A stretch of 20,000 nucleotides of DNA, taken from IMG/VR virus record IMGVR_UViG_3300025131_000020. One strand, written 5' to 3'. Positions within the stretch are counted from its first letter, which is position 1; each line of letters opens with the position of its first letter. Source of the DNA: an uncultured virus (IMG/VR IMGVR_UViG_3300025131_000020) (Duplodnaviria > Heunggongvirae > Uroviricota > Caudoviricetes). The position numbers and the translations under genes are program-made. The notes beneath the pieces are model-generated. The model did not search any database, was not told the origin of the DNA, and saw nothing but the letters and a program-made list of their open reading frames with translations. This document shows positions 9,135-17,152 of this stretch, piece after piece.

Positions 9135-10672
9135 TACTCATCCACTCTAAATTTATTGCCGACACTTGTAAAGACTCTATCAGTTCCAAAATCCTTTATA
9201 AGGAAGTCAAAAGAATATACTCTTCCTGAAGGCAGTGAGTCCATGTAGAAGTCAAAAAACATTCCATCAGAATCTGTTGATAAGAGCGTTCCTTTATATG
9301 CAGTATCAAATGGGATAATTATTTTTCCATTAAATGAATCTCTTACTCTATAATACATCTGTGTAAATATTTCACTTGTTGACTCAAGGGGCTTTTTCTT
9401 AAAGACGACCTCTTTTCCTAGATTTTCTACAAAGACTCTCATTCTAGCTTTTTCAAATGATCTATAGCTTGATTTAAGTGTTGTTACATTTAAAAATAGC
9501 TTATCTGGAGCATTATCAAATGATGTCCTTTCTACAGATTTTGCAACAAATGAACCCGTATGAAATCCGTATTTATAGTCTGTAGAACCCCAATACGTTG
9601 TAAATGTTGCAGATGCAGCATTAACTATCTCTGTTCTTAGAGATCCTGTTTCAAACTCACCTAGAGCAAAAGTTGCAGAATATACGCCTGCAATATAATT
9701 TTTTCCAATCTTGTGCTGTGAACCGGTTATAGATTTTGTAAAAAATGTTCCTTGCTCAAGTGATCCAGACTCTATTCTTAAAACTATACAATTATCACCC
9801 TTTATCTCATTTCCAGTTCTCCCGTCCATTGCGTGAGAAGGCTCATTTCTATGAAAATTATTTAAGAAAAGAGACCCAGTTAGAGTAAAGTAAAACTTTT
9901 TATGATGATCTTCTTGCCTATCATTGTAGTGAACAATTAGTTGAGGCCTATGTTCAACTGTTGTTGCATGTCTTGAAGAGAATCTTTTAACAAATCTCGT
10001 TCTTTCATCAGTCTCCATTGTTCCAGAGTATGAAATTCTAAATCCATGATCAGGTATTTGCTCTGCTAGAACACCAGATACAATTGTTGTAACGTCCACT
10101 CTAAAGTCTTCATATCCGGTTTCAAATAATTGATCTTTCCAGAGAAATACCGTACCATTTCCATCACTAAGATTTCCGCTTGTAATAATGTCTAAGTCAT
10201 CGCTTCCTAGAAGGCCTTCCTTATTTGCACCATCAAATGTCCATGTAGTAGGAGACTCACCAGATACTGATGCTGTAATAAAGTTAGATGAATCTAGATC
10301 AGAAAAAGATATTATATCTCTTCCTATTCCCTCATCAAATGATTTAGCTAGGGGTGCTGCTAGTATTCTAAAGTTAGAGGGTGTTGTCTGACCGCCGTAC
10401 ACATCAGTTAACTTTAGGAAGCACTTAAAAGAAGAATGAGAAATATCTAAGACAGATCCTGTAATAGACCGGAGTGGGTCAAGCTCAAATTTTATAAGTA
10501 TTCTTGATAGCTCTGTTGGTGTTGTATCAGATCCAGATATAGACTCAGCATAAAGCTTAAATAGATCTAATGTTCCTGCCTGGCCGGTATTTGCGTCAGT
10601 TCCACGAATATCATTATTAATGATCTTATTTGTAATGTACGTGTCTTTACTAGCTGTTAATATTCTATACAT
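9134..10672 (-). CDS. Virion structural protein, N-terminal DNRLRE/CBM-like beta-sandwich and possible C-terminal Ig-like domain (512 aa)
   Basis: Motifs ASKDTYI...SRILIKF...FRVDVTTIV...HGFRI...FSSR...RPQLIV match my recollection of the DNRLRE-type domain pattern. It lies between the gp6- and gp7-like genes and has a GGAG Shine-Dalgarno. Confidence 0.5.
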   Translation of the reverse strand: MYRILTASKDTYITNKIINNDIRGTDANTGQAGTLDLFKLYAESISGSDTTPTELSRILIKFELDPLRSITGSVLDISHSSFKCFLKLTDVYGGQTTPSNFRILAAPLAKSFDEGIGRDIISFSDLDSSNFITASVSGESPTTWTFDGANKEGLLGSDDLDIITSGNLSDGNGTVFLWKDQLFETGYEDFRVDVTTIVSGVLAEQIPDHGFRISYSGTMETDERTRFVKRFSSRHATTVEHRPQLIVHYNDRQEDHHKKFYFTLTGSLFLNNFHRNEPSHAMDGRTGNEIKGDNCIVLRIESGSLEQGTFFTKSITGSQHKIGKNYIAGVYSATFALGEFETGSLRTEIVNAASATFTTYWGSTDYKYGFHTGSFVAKSVERTSFDNAPDKLFLNVTTLKSSYRSFEKARMRVFVENLGKEVVFKKKPLESTSEIFTQMYYRVRDSFNGKIIIPFDTAYKGTLLSTDSDGMFFDFYMDSLPSGRVYSFDFLIKDFGTDRVFTSVGNKFRVDE

Positions 10673-10677
10673 TTAAG

Positions 10678-12507
10678 TTACTCCGCCATCCCTACAATGT
10701 CGCTTGATGGATACCTCATTTCAAAAATCCCGCCCGCTGGGGGAAAGACTATTCCCTTGAATGTTGCATCTTCTATATTTAAAATTACATTACTGTAAAT
10801 CTTACCAGAAGTAATTCCGCTTAAGTTTATCATCTCTATCTCAGACAGTGATATAACGCCGGATGTTTTAATTATAATTTTCTGAATTTCTGTAAGAAAT
10901 ATTGGCTGATCTATCTGAAAATTTACTATCTTAAAATAATTCTTAATTTTTGCATTAATTGACTGAATTACAGCATTTTTATTTGCAACTCCGTTGACAA
11001 CTATACTATACTTGATTCCAAAATTAACAATCTGTGAATCAACAATATCAATTGCATCTGAAATAAGCCTATTTTCATTTAAGAATAGTGCAAGATTATC
11101 CTTTAGTGAATCCGGAGCAGTAACAAGCTTTCCGGACCTATTTCTACTAACGATATAAAGCATAGTAGCTAGAGGATTATCAGGATTTGATCTTACTCCT
11201 GCCCTGAATATTCTTCCAAACCTAGACGGCATCATATAAACATGCGACAAAAGGTCATCTTTTGTTACAATTCTAGATTGAGAATTCTTTGCAGAGACAA
11301 CGAGCCGCTTAAGATCCTGAAGTGATGGCGGATTTTCTCCGCCAGCAGCTCTTTGGGGATTTCTAATATTTATAGATGCCCTTATTTTTGACACAAGAGA
11401 TCTTGACACTGAATTGTTAAATGTTGTCAAAAGTGAAGATATTCCATTTATTGATCCAGGTCCGACATTGTGGGACAATCCTCCTCCATACCTGTATTTT
11501 ACAGTTATTGTTGTGCCTATGGGAGATATTCCTAACGTTTGTGTTCTTAGCAGATTGTTTGGATCAATAGAGAATCTTGAAATAGTCTTCTTTCCATAAA
11601 GTGGAAGTGAAAGTTCACTTGGATCAGGTATAATGTCATCATCTAAAGTGTCTGCCCTGCCAGATCCAAATCTTAAAGTTGTTACTCCCGTTAGGGCATC
11701 ATTTTCAACAACATACCTATAGGGTGCAGGAATTAGCTCTAAGTTTTCAGGAACTTCAATTGCATCAGTTGCTAAATTTACCACTCTTTTATACACTACA
11801 TTTTGAACTAAAGAAGAAACCTCATGATATTCATTACCTTCACTATCTATAACTGCAATAATTTCTGTAACATCAGTTCCAGGTAGTGATATTTTTCTAA
11901 ATGGAACAAATGTATTTGGAATAGGAAATGGTTTTGTAGATGTCGTACCAGACACACACACACCAGTACGTTTAAGAGTATAGAATGAAGGGGGATCTCC
12001 TGCATTTGAGGGTGTTATTTGATGAAATAGATAGTTCCCTTCTTCATCTTTCTCAGAAAAATCTAAATCAGAGATAAGTGTAAATGTAACTCCTCTTGAA
12101 GATACTGTTGTTCCCTCATTAATTATCGGTAAATTATTATGAATCGGAACAGATGAATCGCTAGAATCAGATGAAATAGTTATAAAAAAATCAACCTCTG
12201 CAGAAGCAGGTGCTGCGCCAGCAATTGGAACACCAGCTGCCCTAAGAAGCTTCTGAATATTTTTATCCTCTACAGCTGTTTCAATATTTAGCTCATTAAA
12301 CTGATGATCAAGATAGTAGCTCATGACATCGCCAACATATGCGTTTAGCTCAAGAAGTAGCCCACCTAAGCTTGCCTCAGAAAAATCTTGAATGCTATCT
12401 GGAAAAAAAGTTTTTGCATATAAGAGAAGATCTGCTCTAAAGCTGTTAAAATCTTTATTAAGATATGACCTTAGCTCACTCTTTTTTAACTTAGTGTTAA
12501 CTGACAT
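10678..12507 (-). CDS. Baseplate wedge protein, T4 gp6 / P2 gpJ-like (609 aa)
   Basis: Typical N-terminus YLNKDFNSFRADLL..AK.FFP....DFSEASLGGLLLELNAYVGDVMSYYLD; also LRFGSG, ITVKYRYGGG and AAGGENPPSL...QSRIVTKDD. Directly follows the gp25-like gene. Confidence 0.88.
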   Translation of the reverse strand: MSVNTKLKKSELRSYLNKDFNSFRADLLLYAKTFFPDSIQDFSEASLGGLLLELNAYVGDVMSYYLDHQFNELNIETAVEDKNIQKLLRAAGVPIAGAAPASAEVDFFITISSDSSDSSVPIHNNLPIINEGTTVSSRGVTFTLISDLDFSEKDEEGNYLFHQITPSNAGDPPSFYTLKRTGVCVSGTTSTKPFPIPNTFVPFRKISLPGTDVTEIIAVIDSEGNEYHEVSSLVQNVVYKRVVNLATDAIEVPENLELIPAPYRYVVENDALTGVTTLRFGSGRADTLDDDIIPDPSELSLPLYGKKTISRFSIDPNNLLRTQTLGISPIGTTITVKYRYGGGLSHNVGPGSINGISSLLTTFNNSVSRSLVSKIRASINIRNPQRAAGGENPPSLQDLKRLVVSAKNSQSRIVTKDDLLSHVYMMPSRFGRIFRAGVRSNPDNPLATMLYIVSRNRSGKLVTAPDSLKDNLALFLNENRLISDAIDIVDSQIVNFGIKYSIVVNGVANKNAVIQSINAKIKNYFKIVNFQIDQPIFLTEIQKIIIKTSGVISLSEIEMINLSGITSGKIYSNVILNIEDATFKGIVFPPAGGIFEMRYPSSDIVGMAE

Positions 12508-12511
12508 TTTT

Positions 12512-12985
12512 CTATCCTATACAGTATAAAATAACTTCTATTCCCTTATTTTGCACTTGTAACTTGGGAATACTATAAAAAATCTTAATTGACACCTGTG
12601 CTATTGAATCGGTATCTGGGGGATCATTGAATGATGATTCAAAAGAATCTAGATTAAGATATGGCATATACTTCTTAACAGCAGATCTAATTCTCAACAT
12701 TGCTTCATTGTCAAAATCATCGTGAGAGAGTCTTTCTGTTGTTAGCTCCCTTAGATTTGCACCAAATTCATATTGACCAAGCCGCTCTCCGTGGTTGGTC
12801 AATAGAAGATTTTTTAAGTTATCTTGAACCTGAGATATGAGACTAAAGTTCATATCAAATATTCCTGACCTTCCTGTTCCAAGTCTAACTGGTGTCTTTA
12901 TACCAAATGGAACTGGATCAAAACTCTTATTAAACTTTCTATCAGAGACTCTATCTCCAACACTTTTGAAACTTCTTGTAGCCAA
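12512..12985 (-). CDS. Baseplate wedge subunit / sheath initiator, T4 gp25 / P2 gpW-like (157 aa)
   Basis: QVQDNLKNLLLTNHGERLGQYEFGANLREL...IRSAVKKYMPYL fits the GPW_gp25 signature. TTG start with AGGAG upstream. Confidence 0.92.
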   Translation of the reverse strand: MATRSFKSVGDRVSDRKFNKSFDPVPFGIKTPVRLGTGRSGIFDMNFSLISQVQDNLKNLLLTNHGERLGQYEFGANLRELTTERLSHDDFDNEAMLRIRSAVKKYMPYLNLDSFESSFNDPPDTDSIAQVSIKIFYSIPKLQVQNKGIEVILYCIG

Positions 12986-12993
12986 TTTACCTT

Positions 12994-13014
12994 TCTCCTT
13001 TTACTAAATATATA
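12994..13014 (-). promoter_or_regulatory. RBS (AGGAG) and candidate AT-rich late-promoter element (TATATATTTAG) upstream of the gp25-like gene
   Basis: The 64-bp intergenic gap (12986-13049) is the largest in the window and reads ...gggTATATATTTAGtaaaAGGAGaaaggtaaaTTG on the minus strand. The RBS is seen directly; the promoter role is inference. Confidence 0.35.
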
Positions 13015-13049
13015 CCCGGATAAATTATCATATCCCTCTCTTAACTTAG

Positions 13050-14309
13050 TTAAGTGCCAAGTTCTTTAATGGCGTTAGCGACTGCCTCAAAAATTAAACC
13101 GTTCCCCAAAATTCTCCCTACAAGAGCAATTGCTAGATATCTCACTACTCTGTTTATCATTACAATTACAGATGCAACCTTAAGAACTGCACCAGCTACG
13201 AGACCAAATGCTGCTTCAAATAAACCAACGACTATTTCAATAAGAAATGCTATTAGCCCTGCAACACCCTGTGCAAGCGCGGCAATAAGTGCCAATATAA
13301 AGTCAAGAGTAGGGATAATTGATGTAAAAAACTCAAGAATTGCGTAAAAGAATTCAAGAATTTCCGAAAATATATTTGGAAGCATTAGGTTAAAATTAAT
13401 AATTGGAGGCTGAAGGTTGAAAAACTCTATGATAGCCTCTGGAATCCTTAGAACCCATTCTGGAATTGACGGAAGTTCAGGGAGGGGTATGTTTAAAAGA
13501 GCAAGCACAGCAGCAAGAATTGCATCTTTGATCTCCTGTATAATTGTATCTTTAATAAAGATGACTATAGCAGCCAGTGCCTCAATTATTGCATTTTTAA
13601 TCTTGTTTTTAAGATTCTTTAATTCCCTAATAGCAGCCTGTATGTTCAAAATTATCATCACAATTGATTCAATTATGTCACCAATGGCTGGTATGTTGAA
13701 TAGTGCTAGAAGTTGTTCAATCCCCTCTAGCAAGGTTACCGGTATTGATGCAATTATTGCTGCAGCTTGTACCATCTTCTCGATGATTTCTTCAATGCCA
13801 AGATCATCAAAATTTAATTGAATTTTATCTAAAAATTCCTCAATCTTATCTCCTAAGTGCTCCTTGAATTCATTTAGCTTTTCTTTAACCATGTCTACAA
13901 TCTGAGAAACGACCTCTTGTATCTTGTCCTTAATAATTTTGATGATTATTGTTGGATCAATATACCCAAGAGGCCTTCCGATAGGAGAGTCGATTGACAT
14001 ATTGAGAAATTCTGCGATATTGACTAAAAATTCTCCAAAAGAGTTTGAAAATGCATCAAAGTCTTCTAGGTTTCCGCCCGCTTCTCTGACAGCGGCGGCG
14101 GCATCGGGCATAGCTGGGATTTCTAAAGGAATAAGTGTTTGTGTTACACCTGGAATGACATGGGTTAGCCCAGGAGACGCTGCTGTTCCATTCTCAACAA
14201 GAGAGAGTGAGCCTTCCCAAATGCTGACCACTTCAGAGTCTGACAGCTCCATGGCTCCAGTGTCTGGATTTTCACTTAAGATGTTTGCAGCTTCTAGTGC
14301 GTTTGCCAT
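13050..14309 (-). CDS. Hydrophobic/amphipathic alpha-helical protein of unknown function, coupled to the spike gene (419 aa)
   Basis: Ile/Leu/Ala/Glu-rich with no Cys, a Pro-rich hinge (NIPLPELPSIPEW) and a long apolar C-terminal region. Its start overlaps the spike stop (TAATG). Confidence 0.75.
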   Translation of the reverse strand: MANALEAANILSENPDTGAMELSDSEVVSIWEGSLSLVENGTAASPGLTHVIPGVTQTLIPLEIPAMPDAAAAVREAGGNLEDFDAFSNSFGEFLVNIAEFLNMSIDSPIGRPLGYIDPTIIIKIIKDKIQEVVSQIVDMVKEKLNEFKEHLGDKIEEFLDKIQLNFDDLGIEEIIEKMVQAAAIIASIPVTLLEGIEQLLALFNIPAIGDIIESIVMIILNIQAAIRELKNLKNKIKNAIIEALAAIVIFIKDTIIQEIKDAILAAVLALLNIPLPELPSIPEWVLRIPEAIIEFFNLQPPIINFNLMLPNIFSEILEFFYAILEFFTSIIPTLDFILALIAALAQGVAGLIAFLIEIVVGLFEAAFGLVAGAVLKVASVIVMINRVVRYLAIALVGRILGNGLIFEAVANAIKELGT

Positions 14310-15718
14310 TATTTAATCAGGACCTTTGTGGCAAATGTTGAGAGATTCATGGAAGTAGCGACTCCCTGGTCGTCTGGAACGCCGACAGATCCGCCAGCAG
14401 AGGTGACCAGGCTAACGGGTATTGAGATCTCTCCTCCAGTTTGAACAGTCTTTGCAGAAGGTGCTGCAAGTATAGCCTTGTCAGCATCATCTCCTCCAAG
14501 CTTAATAACTCCCTCTGGTCCGGGAATAAACACTATATTTCCATCAGACTTAAGAATTACTGATGCGCCAGTTGTTCCAGCTCCTACAACTATCTTGAGA
14601 TCATCCCTTGCAACAAGTCGAACCTGATCACTCTTTAAAACAATTGCAGGAAGATCTCCATCTGAACGATCCATTCCCTCAATATCTATTTCAAACTTAT
14701 CATCAGCTGAAGTCTTCATTGAAAGATAGATTCTTGATAGATCATTTGAAAAGCTAGCTAAGCCCTCACTTATATTCTCACTTCCCCTAAGAAGCTCTCT
14801 TCCTGGATTTTTTGATATCTCATTGTAGCCCCTTTCATTGATTATGCCGCCTTCCCTAAATGCAGCAGAAGTATTTTTTGTCTGACCTCTTCCTGCACAT
14901 ATATCAATTGCACCCTGACCTGGATCAAACATCGATTTTGGAAATGGACCCTTTGGATTTACGCCTGTCTTTCCAATCTCTGTTCCAAGAACTATGCTTG
15001 TGTTGTTTGATCCCTGCAGAATTAAGTCACCTACCTCTTTTGGAACTCTTGGGACAGGCTCTCCAATGAATTGATTTGTTGTGGAAAGATTTCCCAGAGC
15101 TGTAGATTTTCTTAAAATATCTAAATACGGTCGCTTACCTCTTAAAGTTCTTTGCTGTGATGTTGATAGAGTTCCATTTGGAAATCGTGGAACTCTCACC
15201 TGATCACTTGCCCCATCACCCGGAACGTCTAGCGTTTCAGTAAGCTTTGTTCCGCTATCCCTGCTATTTTGTGAAATCCTGTCTGCATGGGTGTAGTTTA
15301 AGTCATCAACCTGGAGATCTACACACTTTCTTGTCATCCAGTATCCCAGTGTTCCTGTGGATAGCCTTTCATAGACAACCCAGACCTGCTCACCAGGCTT
15401 TACAGGTAAACAGATGTGAGGTGAAAAGAACGGATAAAATATCTCAAGCTTTCCGTATTCACCATTTCCGTCTGAAACCCTGTAGCCGAGTATGCTATTT
15501 CTAGGCATTTTTGAAATAAATTGAGAGTTTAATACGCCCTTAACTACACCTCCGGATTGCTTTAATGAGCGAAGGGCTTCGGGAGGAAGAGAAGCGGGAT
15601 TAGAAATAAAATCCGCAACTACTATTGTATGAAATATTCTTCCCTGCCTCCTTTCTCTTCTATCACTCCTTCTGCCGTTAAACCCTAACGGATCATTTGG
15701 ATTATAATCTCTAGACAT
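14309..15718 (-). CDS. Baseplate hub / central spike, gp5/VgrG-like (N-terminal OB-fold, C-terminal beta-strand repeats; 469 aa)
   Basis: FYPFFSPHICLPVKPGEQVWVVYE...GYW resembles the gp5/Vgr OB-fold motif P..GE.V.V.F. Short beta-strand repeats follow (GDLILQGSNNTSIVLG, AIVLKSDQVRLVARDDLKIVVG, SVILKSDGNIVF, VIKLG). It lies upstream of the gp25/gp6-like genes. No lysozyme domain is visible. Confidence 0.65.
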   Translation of the reverse strand: MSRDYNPNDPLGFNGRRSDRRERRQGRIFHTIVVADFISNPASLPPEALRSLKQSGGVVKGVLNSQFISKMPRNSILGYRVSDGNGEYGKLEIFYPFFSPHICLPVKPGEQVWVVYERLSTGTLGYWMTRKCVDLQVDDLNYTHADRISQNSRDSGTKLTETLDVPGDGASDQVRVPRFPNGTLSTSQQRTLRGKRPYLDILRKSTALGNLSTTNQFIGEPVPRVPKEVGDLILQGSNNTSIVLGTEIGKTGVNPKGPFPKSMFDPGQGAIDICAGRGQTKNTSAAFREGGIINERGYNEISKNPGRELLRGSENISEGLASFSNDLSRIYLSMKTSADDKFEIDIEGMDRSDGDLPAIVLKSDQVRLVARDDLKIVVGAGTTGASVILKSDGNIVFIPGPEGVIKLGGDDADKAILAAPSAKTVQTGGEISIPVSLVTSAGGSVGVPDDQGVATSMNLSTFATKVLIK

Positions 15719-15719
15719 T

Positions 15720-16085
15720 TCAACTTCCTATCTCATTAAAAATATCATCTGGATTAATTATTTCTGTCTTGCTTTCTGCTTTGTCTATAATCTCTGCAAG
15801 CCTTAAAATTTGATCATTAGATTTTGACATTCTCTCGAGATATTTGGACATAATTGGTCCAAACATTGTGTGATTTGCTGCATTTCCCTGAGATTGCTTC
15901 ATTAGCTCCATAAATAAAATAGAGGCATTTTCTCTATCATTAAGAGCATTCTCGTAAATTTCTTTCCAAAGAAGCTTCTTTTTATCTTCAGTGCTTTCAA
16001 TTGCATCTAAGATATCACCGAAGCTTTCTATTTTTTTATTTTTTTTATTAATTCTCTTTTGGAGATCAGATATTTTATTTGACAT
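15720..16085 (-). CDS. Small helical phage protein, possible terminase small subunit (T4 gp16-like; 121 aa)
   Basis: The size and helical pattern IYENALNDRENASILFMEL...GPIMSKYLERMSKSNDQILRLAEII recall the gp16-type oligomerisation helices. The ORF is well supported; the function is tentative. Confidence 0.4.
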   Translation of the reverse strand: MSNKISDLQKRINKKNKKIESFGDILDAIESTEDKKKLLWKEIYENALNDRENASILFMELMKQSQGNAANHTMFGPIMSKYLERMSKSNDQILRLAEIIDKAESKTEIINPDDIFNEIGS

Positions 16086-16097
16086 TTTTTAGTACCC

Positions 16098-16838
16098 CTA
16101 AAAGAATATATCAAACTCTCCCTGTTTCACGAGAGTTTTGTAGTGTTTTCTAATTGATGACATGGCTATTGAAAGCTGTTTTGGGTTAAGATTTGATATA
16201 TCTCTCAGGTAAACAAATATTGCCCTCTTATTTAAAAGGTCTATATCATCAATTTTTTCAAAAAGAGTTATAATGGCATCTATACACGCAATCTCATTCT
16301 CACCTGACAACTTATCCTTTATCTCAACCATAAGCGAAAAAAGATTCTGCATAGATTCTCTTTTTATCATCTCAGTATCTTGGGGAGGTACAACCTTGTA
16401 GCTTTCTATTGCACCCATGTCCCTTCTGCTTATTGACAGCGGGTCATCTAGGCTTACCTGCCGCCTTAGCTGCTTTGTTCTTTGCTTACTTTTTATTATG
16501 AGCCAGTTTTTTGCTACAACATTAAAATATGAAAACGCCTTTGTTCCACGAGTATGGTCAAATTTATTTATCGTCTCATAGAGAAAGACAACACAATCAG
16601 ATTTGAGATCTTCAAATGAGGAATGAGAAGACTTAAAACCGTGAATAAATATTAAATTTTCAACTAGCTTATCAAATGCTGGGAAGATTTCTGAGACGTA
16701 TATGTTCTCACGATCTATTTGCTTTTCTAGTGATTGAAACTTTATTATTGCATCATGAGTTCCCTGGTGAAAGTATAAATTTCTCTTTCCCTTCCCCCTT
16801 TTTCTTCTAATTTTGATAAATTTCTTTTTTCCCTTCAC
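16098..16838 (-). CDS. Phage RNA polymerase sigma factor, gp55-like / sigma70 region 2 (246 aa)
   Basis: FEDLKSDCVVFLYETINKFDHTRGTKAFSYFNVVAKNWLI fits sigma region 2.2-2.4 (DL....L...I.KFD..RG.KF..Y). Basic N-terminus; GTG start with GGAGG Shine-Dalgarno. Confidence 0.72.
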   Translation of the reverse strand: MKGKKKFIKIRRKRGKGKRNLYFHQGTHDAIIKFQSLEKQIDRENIYVSEIFPAFDKLVENLIFIHGFKSSHSSFEDLKSDCVVFLYETINKFDHTRGTKAFSYFNVVAKNWLIIKSKQRTKQLRRQVSLDDPLSISRRDMGAIESYKVVPPQDTEMIKRESMQNLFSLMVEIKDKLSGENEIACIDAIITLFEKIDDIDLLNKRAIFVYLRDISNLNPKQLSIAMSSIRKHYKTLVKQGEFDIFF

Positions 16839-16858
16839 GCCCTTTGTCCTCCATTGAA

Positions 16859-17152
16859 TTACTCTGGAATAGTGCTCTCATCTATTGATCCGAGAATGTT
16901 AGCTACATCTAGGACAGCAGTTCTGGAATCTTTTATATCTCTGATAACCTGCCTAATCTCCAGACTATCAAAAAAAACAGGCTTTTCAAGAATCTTACTC
17001 ATTGAAGAATACTTTTCATCAAGCTTGTCAAGTGACACTTCAATTCCATCCTGGAGATTTATTAAAATGACACCGAACTTGTAATTAAAAAATACAGATA
17101 TGCACAAGCATAGAAATAGAATAATAGATAGTGATATCCCAATCCAGGTCAA
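16859..17152 (-). CDS. Small single-pass membrane protein with C-terminal coiled coil (97 aa)
   Basis: N-terminal hydrophobic helix WIGISLSIILFLCLCISVFF followed by heptad-like segments. The TTG start overlaps the glycosyltransferase TGA stop (TTGA); GGAG upstream. Confidence 0.65.
   Translation of the reverse strand: MTWIGISLSIILFLCLCISVFFNYKFGVILINLQDGIEVSLDKLDEKYSSMSKILEKPVFFDSLEIRQVIRDIKDSRTAVLDVANILGSIDESTIPE

Noticed and set aside
13054..14316. Three same-frame plus-strand ORFs antisense to the 419-aa gene
   Set aside because: They are interrupted by stops, are low-complexity Ile/Ser/Ala-rich, and are explained by the codon bias of the hydrophobic sense gene.
10678..15718. Cellular eCIS, T6SS or tailocin locus
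   Set aside because: The neighbouring gp55-like sigma, TerS-like gene and nuclease, the T4-type long gp6 and the lack of cellular genes favour a phage. Capsid and portal genes are not in the window, so this is not formally proven.
16029..16052. A-rich runs (minus strand) as a possible programmed frameshift site
   Set aside because: They encode the Lys/Asn-rich INKKNKKI stretch near an N-terminus, and I saw no extended alternative frame or stimulatory structure.
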